Source of the DNA: Lingula anatina
Taxonomy: Eukaryota; Animalia; Brachiopoda
Length of the DNA: 64,000 nucleotides
Direction of reading: 5' to 3'
Assembly (NCBI GenBank): GCA_051362555.1
Contig: CM120641.1
Coordinates: 22,754,001 to 22,818,000 of the forward strand
The position numbers and the translations under genes are program-made. The notes under the pieces are model-generated. The model did no database searches and had not been told where the DNA came from. It saw only the letters and a list, made by a program, of their open reading frames with translations. Below, in pieces: positions 9,794 through 20,100 of this stretch; position 1 is the stretch's first letter, and each line of letters starts with the position of its first letter.

Positions 9794-9946
9794 CATAGCT
9801 TCTTTCCGTGGTGAGAAAAATAATACAAATAAATGTTTTTTTACTACTGATTCCTTCAGCATCTTTTTCATTGAGTAATGGCCCCCTTGTGTACACACAT
9901 GTGAATTGGCCTGGATGTATGGTTTCTGATGTAAACAAAACATAGC
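9794..9946 (-). pseudogene. SET domain N-terminal exon
   Basis: ttttaaag|GC...TG|gtaag. Translates GYVLFTSETIHPGQFTCVYTRGPLLNEKDAEGISSK/(frameshift)/IYLYYFSHHGKKL(C), matching the SET pattern GxGLFa...GxFIxEYxGxLL...YLYYF. Confidence 0.85.
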
Positions 9947-10051
9947 CTTTAAAAAAATAAATTGTATAAAAAAATCAGAATCAGAAGACAAGTCGTTGAA
10001 TTCTATCAATTATTTATATTGTGTATATCAGCAACCATGACTGTTGTTTAT

Positions 10052-10090
10052 CAAACAATACACCCATGGCCACTGGGCCAAATTTTTGAG
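10052..10090 (-). mobile_element. Candidate Helentron/HINE-like 3' terminus next to the satellite
   Basis: Minus strand CTCAAAAATTTGG-CCCAGTGGCCATGGG-TGTATTGTTT: a GC-rich hairpin followed by TTGTTT in otherwise AT-rich DNA. The other end is not in the window. Confidence 0.4.
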
Positions 10091-11183
10091 TAATCAACTT
10101 CTATAAAGAAGTTCATGAGAGAATGACAAATATAAAAGTAATAAAAAAATGAAAGATAAAAAATATGAACATATAAGGACCTTCTTTATACTTTTTGCTT
10201 TAAATTTCAGCTTTAAAGATAGCCAAAAAGCACAGCTGAGAACAGGATTTGGAGAGGGGGGTGGAGAGAGTTTTTGCTCTTTTTCTTCCTTAATACTGAC
10301 ACAACCACTCTTCCAGTACTTTAAACTTACTACAAATGACCAAACACACCTACTGGTCACTAAAATGAAGAAAAAATTTTTTCTTCCCTAAATGGCCAAA
10401 ATTGAAGAAAACTGCCATTCAGGGACCTTATGAAAATCACTAAAAATCACCCAAAAACGACCCGTCACCAATTTTTCCAAAAAGTGATGAAAATCAATCT
10501 ACCACACCTGACATTCATAAAAAATGTGGAAACGCGCCCGGATCACTTCATTAAAGCCCCCAATTTCAGCTTTAAAGATTGCCAGAAAGCACACCGGAGA
10601 ACAGGATTTGGAGAGGGGGGGTGGGGGTGGAGAGAGTTTTTGCTCTATTTCTTCCTTAATAATGATACAACCACTCTTCCAGTACTTTATCCTCACTACA
10701 AATGACCAAACACACCTACCTGACACAATATTGAAGAAAAAAATATTTCATCCCTACCTGGCCAAAATTGAAGAAAACTGCTATATCCGAACCTTACGAA
10801 AATCACTCAAAATCACCCAAAAATGACCCGTCAACAATTTTTCCAAAAAGTGATGAAAATCAATTTACCACACCTGACATTCATAAAAAATGTGGAAACG
10901 CGCCCGGATCACTTCATTAAAGCCCCCAATTTCAGCTTTAAAGATTGCCAGAAAGCACACCTGAGAACAGGATTTGGAGAGGGGGGGGTGGAGAGAGTTT
11001 TTGCTCTATTTCTTCCTTAATAATGATACAACCACTCTTCCAGTACTTTATCCTCACTACAAATGACCAAACACACCTACCTGACACAATATTGAAGAAA
11101 AAAATTTTTCATCCCTACCTGGCCAAAATTGAAGAAAACTGCCATATCCGGACCTTACGAAAATCACTCAAAATCACCCAAAA

Positions 11184-14100
11184 ATGACCCGTCAAAAATT
11201 TTTCCAAAAAGTGATGAAAATCAATTTACCACACCTGACATTCATAAAAAATGTGGAAACGTGCCCGGATCACTTCATTAAAGCCCCCAATTTCAGCTTT
11301 AAAGATTGCCAGAAAGCACACCTGAGAACAGGATTTGGAGAGGGGGGGGGTGGAGAGAGTTTTTGCTCTATTTCTTCCTTAATAATGATACAACCACTCT
11401 TCCAGTACTTTATCCTCACTACAAATGACCAAACACACCTACCTGACACAATATTGAAGAAAAAAATTTTTCATCCTTACCTGGCCAAAATTGAAGAAAA
11501 CTGCCATATCCGAACCTTACGAAAATCACTCAAAATCACCCAAAAATGACCCGTCAAAAATTTTTCCAAAAAGTGACGAAAATCAATTTACCACACCTGA
11601 CATTCATAAAAAATGTGGAAACGTGCCCGGATCACTTCATTAAAGCCCCCAATTTCAGCTTTAAAGATTGCCAGAAAGCACACCTGAGAACAGGATTTGG
11701 AGAGGGGGGTGGGGGGGGTGGAGAGAGTTTTTGCTCTATTTCTTCCTTAATAATGATACAACCACTCTTCCAGTACTTTATCCTCACTACAAATGACCAA
11801 ACACACCTACCTGACACAATATTGAAGAAAAAAATTTTTCATCCTTACCTGGCCAAAATTGAAGAAAACTGCCATATCCGAACCTTACGAAAATCACTCA
11901 AAATCACCCAAAAATGACCCGTCAAAAATCTTTCCAAAAAGTGACGAAAATCAATTTACCACACCTGACATTCATAAAAAATGTGGAAACGTGCCCGGAT
12001 CACTTCATTAAAGCCCCCAATTTCAGCTTTAAAGATTGCCAGAAAGCACACCTGAGAACAGGATTTGGAGAGGGAGGGGGGGGGTGGAGAGAGTTTTTGC
12101 TCTATTTCTTCCTTAATAATGATACAACCACTCTTCCAGTACTTTATCCTCACTACAAATGACCAAACACACCTACCTGACACAATATTGAAGAAAAAAT
12201 TTTTCATCCCTACCTGGCCAAAATTGAAGAAAACTGCCATATCCGGACCTTACGAAAATCACTCAAAATCACCCAAAAATGACCCGTCAAAAATTTTTCC
12301 AAAAAGTGATGAAAATCAATTTACCACACCTGACATTCATAAAAAATGTGGAAACGCGCCCGGATCACTTCATTAAAGCCCCCAATTTCAGCTTTAAAGA
12401 TTGCCAGAAAGCACACCTGAGAACAGGATTTGGAGAGGGGGGGTGGTGGAGAGAGTTTTTGCTCTATTTCTTCCTTAATAATGATACAACCACTCTTCCA
12501 GTACTTTATCCTCACTACAAATGACCAAACACACCTACCTGACACAATATTGAAGAAAAAAATTTTTCATCCCTACCTGGCCAAAATTGAAGAAAACTGC
12601 CATATCCGGACCTTACGAAAATCACTCAAAATCACCCAAAAATGACCCGTCAAAAATTTTTCCAAAAAGTGATGAAAATCAATTTACCACACCTGACATT
12701 CATAAAAAATGTGGAAACGCGCCTGGATCACTTCATTAAAGCCCCCAATTTCAGCTTTAAAGATTGCCAGAAAGCACACCTGAGAACAGGATTTGGAGAG
12801 GGGGGGGTGGAGAGAGTTTTTGCTCTATTTCTTCCTTAATAATGATACAACCACTCTTCCAGTACTTTATCCTCACTACAAATGACCAAACACACCTACC
12901 TGACACAATATTGAAGAAAAAAATTTTTCATCCCTACCTGGCCAAAATTGAAGAAAACTGCCATATTCGGACCTTACGAAAATCACTCAAAATCATCCAA
13001 AAATGACCCGTCAAAAATTTTTCCAAAAAGTGATGAAAATCAATTTACCACACCTGACATTCATAAAAAATGTGGAAACGTGCCCGGATCACTTCATTAA
13101 AGCCCCTAATTTCAGCTTTAAAGATTGCCAGAAAGCACACCTGAGAACAGGATTTGGAGAGGGGGGGGGGGGGGGGTGGAGAGAGTTTTTGCTCTATTTC
13201 TTCCTTAATAATGATACAACCACTCTTCCAGTACTTTATCCTCACTACAAATGACCAAACACACCTACCTGACACAATATTGAAGAAAAAATTTTTTCAT
13301 CCCTACCTGGCCAAAATTGAAGAAAACTGCCATATCCGGACCTTACGAAAATCACTCAAAATCACCCAAAAATGACCCGTCAAAAATTTTTCCAAAAAGT
13401 GATGAAAATCAATTTACCACACCTGACATTCATAAAAAATGTGGAAACGCGCCCGGATCACTTCATTAAAGCCCCCAATTTCAGCTTTAAAGATTGCCAG
13501 AAAGCACACCTGAGAACAGGATTTGGAGAGGGGGGGGGGTTGAGAGAGTTTTTGCTCTATTTCTTCCTTAATAATGATACAACCACTCTTCCAGTACTTT
13601 ATCCTCACTACAAATGACCAAACACACCTACCTGACACAATATTGAAGAAAAAAATTTTTCATCCCTACCTGGCCAAAATTGAAGAAAACTGCCATATCC
13701 GGACCTTACGAAAATCACTCAAAATCACCCAAAAATGACCCGTCAAAAATTTTTCCAAAAAGTGATGAAAATCAATTTACCACACCTGACATTCATAAAA
13801 AATGTGGAAACGCGCCTGGATCACTTCATTAAAGCCCCCAATTTCAGCTTTAAAGATTGCCAGAAAGCACACCTGAGAACAGGATTTGGAGAGGGGGGGG
13901 TGGAGAGAGTTTTTGCTCTATTTCTTCCTTAATAATGATACAACCACTCTTCCAGTACTTTATCCTCACTACAAATGACCAAACACACCTACCTGACACA
14001 ATATTGAAGAAAAAAATTTTTCATCCCTACCTGGCCAAAATTGAAGAAAACTGCCATATTCGGACCTTACGAAAATCACTCAAAATCATCCAAAAATGAC

Positions 14101-17100
14101 CCGTCAAAAATTTTTCCAAAAAGTGATGAAAATCAATTTACCACACCTGACATTCATAAAAAATGTGGAAACGTGCCCGGATCACTTCATTAAAGCCCCC
14201 AATTTCAGCTTTAAAGATTGCCAGAAAGCACACCTGAGAACAGGATTTGGAGAGGGGGGGGGGGGTGGAGAGAGTTTTTGCTCTATTTCTTCCTTAATAA
14301 TGATACAACCACTCTTCCAGTACTTTATCCTCACTACAAATGACCAAACACACCTACCTGACACAATATTGAAGAAAAAAATTTTTCATCCCTACCTGGC
14401 CAAAATTGAAGAAAACTGCCATATCCGGACCTTACGAAAATCACTCAAAATCACCCAAAAATGACCCGTCAAAAATTTTTCCAAAAAGTGATGAAAATCA
14501 ATTTACCACACCTGACATTCATAAAAAATGTGGAAACGCGCCCGGATCACTTCATTAAAGCCCCCAATTTCAGCTTTAAAGATTGCCAGAAAGCACACCT
14601 GAGAACAGGATTTGGAGAGGGGGGGGGTTGAGAGAGTTTTTGCTCTATTTCTTCCTTAATAATGATACAACCACTCTTCCAGTACTTTATCCTCACTACA
14701 AATGACCAAACACACCTACCTGACACAATATTGAAGAAAAAAATTTTTCATCCCTACCTGGCCAAAATTGAAGAAAACTGCCATATCCGGACCTTACAAA
14801 AATCACTCAAAATCACCCAAAAATGACCCGTGAAAAATTTTTCCAAAAAGTGATGAAAATCAATTTACCACACCTGACATTCATAAAAAATGTGGAAACG
14901 CGCCCGGATCACTTCATTAATGCCCCCAATTTCAGCTTTAAAGATTGCCAGAAAGCACACCTGAGAACAGGATTTGGAGAGGGGGGGGGGGGTGGAGAGA
15001 GTTTTTGCTCTATTTCTTCCTTAATAATGATACAACCACTCTTCGAGTATCCTCACTACAAATGACCAAACACACCTACCTGACACAATATTGAAGAAAA
15101 AAATTTTTCATCCGTACCTGGCCAAAATTGAAGAAAACTGCCATATCCGGACCTTACGAAAATCACTCAAAATCACCCAAAAATGACCCGTCAAAAATTT
15201 TTCCAAAAAGTGATGAAAATCAATTTACCACACCTGACATTCATAAAAAATGTGGAAACGCGCCCGGGTCACTTCATTAAAGCCCCCAATTTCAGCTTTA
15301 AAGATTGCCAGAAAGCACACCTGAGAACAGGATTTGGAGAGAGGGGGGTGGAGAGAGTTTTTGCTCTATTTCTTCCTTAATAATGATACAACCACTCTTC
15401 CAGTACTTTATCCTCACTACAAATGACCAAACACACCTACCTGACACAATATTGAAGAAAAAAATTTTTCATCCCTACCTGGCCAAAATTGAAGAAAACT
15501 GCCATATCCGGACCTTACGAAAATCACTCAAAATCACCCAAAAATGACCCGTCAAAAATTTTTCCAAAAAGTGATGAAAATCAATTTACCACACCTGACA
15601 TTCATAAAAAATGTGGAAACGTGCCCGGATCACTTCATTAAAGCCCCCAATTTCAGCTTTAAAGATTGCCAGAAAGCACACCTGAGAACAGGATTTGGAG
15701 AGGGGGGGGGGGTGGAGAGAGTTTTTGCTCTATTTCTTCCTTAATAATGATACAACCACTCTTCCAGTACTTTATCCTCACTACAAATGACCAAACACAC
15801 CTACCTGACACAATATTGAAGAAAAAAATTTTTCATCCTTACCTGGCCAAAATTGAAGAAAACTGCCATATCCGGACCTTACGAAAATCACTCAAAATCA
15901 CCCAAAAATGACCCGTCAAAAATTTTTCCAAAAAGTGATGAAAATCAATTTACCACACCTGACATTCATAAAAAATGTGGAAACGTGCCCGGATCACTTC
16001 ATTAAAGCCCCCAATTTCAGCTTTAAAGATTGCCAGAAAGCACACCTGAGAACAGGATTTGGAGAGGGGGGGGGGGTGGAGAGAGTTTTTGCTCTATTTC
16101 TTCCTTAATAATGATACAACCACTCTTCCAGTACTTTATCCTCACTACAAATGACCAAACACACCTACCTGACACAATATTGAAGAAAAAAATTTTTCAT
16201 CCTTACCTGGCCAAAATTGAAGAAAACTGCCATATCCGAACCTTACGAAAATCACTCAAAATCACCCAAAAATGACCCGTCAAAAATTTTTGCAAAAAGT
16301 GACGAAAATCAATTTACCACACCTGACATTCATAAAAAATGTGGAAACGTGCCCGGATCACTTCATTAAAGCCCCCAATTTCAGCTTTAAAGATTGCCAG
16401 AAAGCACACCTGAGAACAGGATTTGGAGAGGGGGGTGGGGGGGGTGGAGAGAGTTTTTGCTCTATTTCTTCCTTAATAATGATACAACCACTCTTCCAGT
16501 ACTTTATCCTCACTACAAATGACCAAACACACCTACCTGACACAATATTGAAGAAAAAAATTTTTCATCCTTACCTGGCCAAAATTGAAGAAAACTGCCA
16601 TATCCGAACCTTACGAAAATCACTCAAAATCACCCAAAAATGACCCGTCAAAAATCTTTCCAAAAAGTGACGAAAATCAATTTACCACACCTGACATTCA
16701 TAAAAAATGTGGAAACGTGCCCGGATCACTTCATTAAAGCCCCCAATTTCAGCTTTAAAGATTGCCAGAAAGCACACCTGAGAACAGGATTTGGAGAGGG
16801 AGGGGGGGGGTGGAGAGAGTTTTTGCTCTATTTCTTCCTTAATAATGATACAACCACTCTTCCAGTACTTTATCCTCACTACAAATGACCAAACACACCT
16901 ACCTGACACAATATTGAAGAAAAAATTTTTCATCCCTACCTGGCCAAAATTGAAGAAAACTGCCATATCCGGACCTTACGAAAATCACTCAAAATCACCC
17001 AAAAATGACCCGTCAAAAATTTTTCCAAAAAGTGATGAAAATCAATTTACCACACCTGACATTCATAAAAAATGTGGAAACGCGCCCGGATCACTTCATT

Positions 17101-20100
17101 AAAGCCCCCAATTTCAGCTTTAAAGATTGCCAGAAAGCACACCTGAGAACAGGATTTGGAGAGGGGGGGTGGTGGAGAGAGTTTTTGCTCTATTTCTTCC
17201 TTAATAATGATACAACCACTCTTCCAGTACTTTATCCTCACTACAAATGACCAAACACACCTACCTGACACAATATTGAAGAAAAAAATTTTTCATCCCT
17301 ACCTGGCCAAAATTGAAGAAAACTGCCATATCCGGACCTTACGAAAATCACTCAAAATCACCCAAAAATGACCCGTCAAAAATTTTTCCAAAAAGTGATG
17401 AAAATCAATTTACCACACCTGACATTCATAAAAAATGTGGAAACGCGCCTGGATCACTTCATTAAAGCCCCCAATTTCAGCTTTAAAGATTGCCAGAAAG
17501 CACACCTGAGAACAGGATTTGGAGAGGGGGGGGTGGAGAGAGTTTTTGCTCTATTTCTTCCTTAATAATGATACAACCACTCTTCCAGTACTTTATCCTC
17601 ACTACAAATGACCAAACACACCTACCTGACACAATATTGAAGAAAAAAATTTTTCATCCCTACCTGGCCAAAATTGAAGAAAACTGCCATATTCGGACCT
17701 TACGAAAATCACTCAAAATCATCCAAAAATGACCCGTCAAAAATTTTTCCAAAAAGTGATGAAAATCAATTTACCACACCTGACATTCATAAAAAATGTG
17801 GAAACGTGCCCGGATCACTTCATTAAAGCCCCTAATTTCAGCTTTAAAGATTGCCAGAAAGCACACCTGAGAACAGGATTTGGAGAGGGGGGGGGGTGGA
17901 GAGAGTTTTTGCTCTATTTCTTCCTTAATAATGATACAACCACTCTTCCAGTACTTTATCCTCACTACAAATGACCAAACACACCTACCTGACACAATAT
18001 TGAAGAAAAAAATTTTTCATCCCTACCTGGCCAAAATTGAAGAAAACTGCCATATCCGGACCTTACGAAAATCACTCAAAATTACCCAAAAATGACCCGT
18101 CAAAAATTTTTCCAAAAAGTGATGAAAATCAATTTACCACACCTGACATTCATAAAAAATGTGGAAACGCGCCCGGATCACTTCATTAAAGCCCCCAATT
18201 TCAGCTTTAAAGATTGCCAGAAAGCACACCTGAGAACAGGATTTGGAGAGGGGGGGGGTTGAGAGAGTTTTTGCTCTATTTCTTCCTTAATAATGATACA
18301 ACCACTCTTCCAGTACTTTATCCTCACTACAAATGACCAAACACACCTACCTGACACAATATTGAAGAAAAAAATTTTTCATCCCTACCTGGCCAAAATT
18401 GAAGAAAACTGCCATATCCGGACCTTACAAAAATCACTCAAATTCACCCAAAAATGACCCGTGAAAAATTTTTCCAAAAAGTGATGAAAATCAATTTACC
18501 ACACCTGACATTCATAAAAAATGTGGAAACGCGCCCGGATCACTTCATTAATGCCCCCAATTTCAGCTTTAAAGATTGCCAGAAAGCACACCTGAGAACA
18601 GGATTTGGAGAGGGGGGGGGGGTGGAGAGAGTTTTTGCTCTATTTCTTCCTTAATAATGATACAACCACTCTTCCAGTACTTTATCCTCACTACAAATGA
18701 CCAAACACACCTACCTGACACAATATTGAAGAAAAAAATTTTTCATCCCTACCTGGCCAAAATTGAAGAAAACTGCCATATCCGGACCTTACGAAAATCA
18801 CTCAAAATCACCCAAAAATGACCCGTCAAAAATTTTTCCAAAAAGTGATGAAAATCAATTTACCACACCTGACATTCATAAAAAATGTGGAAACGTGCCC
18901 GGATCACTTCATTAAAGCCCCCAATTTCAGCTTTAAAGATTGCCAGAAAGCACACCTGAGAACAGGATTTGGAGAGGGGGGGTGGTGGAGAGAGTTTTTG
19001 CTCTATTTCTTCCTTAATAATGATACAACCACTCTTCCAGTACTTTATCCTCACTACAAATGACCAAACACACCTACCTGACACAATATTGAAGAAAAAA
19101 ATTTTTCATCCCTACCTGGCCAAAATTGAAGAAAACTGCCATATCCGGACCTTACGAAAATCACTCAAAATCACCCAAAAATGACCCGTCAAAAATTTTT
19201 CCAAAAAGTGATGAAAATCAATTTACCACACCTGACATTCATAAAAAATGTGGAAACGCGCCCGGATCACTTCATTAAAGCCCCCAATTTCAGCTTTAAA
19301 GATTGCCAGAAAGCACACCTGAGAACAGGATTTGGAGAGGGGGGGTGGTGGAGAGAGTTTTTGCTCTATTTCTTCCTTAATAATGATACAACCACTCTTC
19401 CAGTACTTTATCCTCACTACAAATGACCAAACACACCTACCTGACACAATATTGAAGAAAAAAATTTTTCATCCCTACCTGGCCAAAATTGAAGAAAACT
19501 GCCATATCCGGACCTTACGAAAATCACTCAAAATCACCCAAAAATGACCCGTCAAAAATTTTTCCAAAAAGTGATGAAAATCAATTTACCACACCTGACA
19601 TTCATAAAAAATGTGGAAACGCGCCTGGATCACTTTATTAAAGCCCCCAATTTCAGCTTTAAAGATTGCCAGAAAGCACACCTGAGAACAGGATTTGGAG
19701 AGGGGGGGGGTGGAGAGAGTTTTTGCTCTATTTCTTCCTTAATAATGATACAACCACTCTTCCAGTACTTTATCCTCACTACAAATGACCAAACACACCT
19801 ACCTGACACAATATTGAAGAAAAAAATTTTTCATCCCTACCTGGCCAAAATTGAAGAAAATTGCCATATTCGGACCTTACGAAAATCACTCAAAATCATC
19901 CAAAAATGACCCGTCAAAAATTTTTCCAAAAAGTGATGAAAATCAATTTACCACACCTGACATTCATAAAAAATGTGGAAACGTGCCCGGATCACTTCAT
20001 TAAAGCCCCCAATTTCAGCTTTAAAGATTGCCAGAAAGCACACCTGAGAACAGGATTTGGAGAGGGGGGGTGGTGGAGAGAGTTTTTGCTCTATTTCTTC

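Larger units (their letters stand above)
452..9946 (-). pseudogene. Degenerate multi-exon gene: SET domain + 12-aa acidic repeat + acidic/basic linker + Myb/SANT-like C-terminus (5' end not in the unique region)
   Basis: Nine collinear minus-strand exons reconstructed by hand with AG acceptors and GT/GC donors: 9946-9794, 8937-8762, 8402-3813 (split by two insertions), 2951-2856, 2320-2207, 2072-1998, 1696-1636, 1457-1362, 1191-1160, plus a probable last exon 514-452 ending in TGA. Several frameshifts, an in-frame TAA and exonic transposon insertions. Confidence 0.8.

Noticed and set aside
10823-11183. Monomer as a diverged dimer of about 181 bp
   Set aside because: Internal similar motifs (AAATGACC, CACACCT) are not spaced about 181 bp apart, and no half-to-half alignment is visible by eye.
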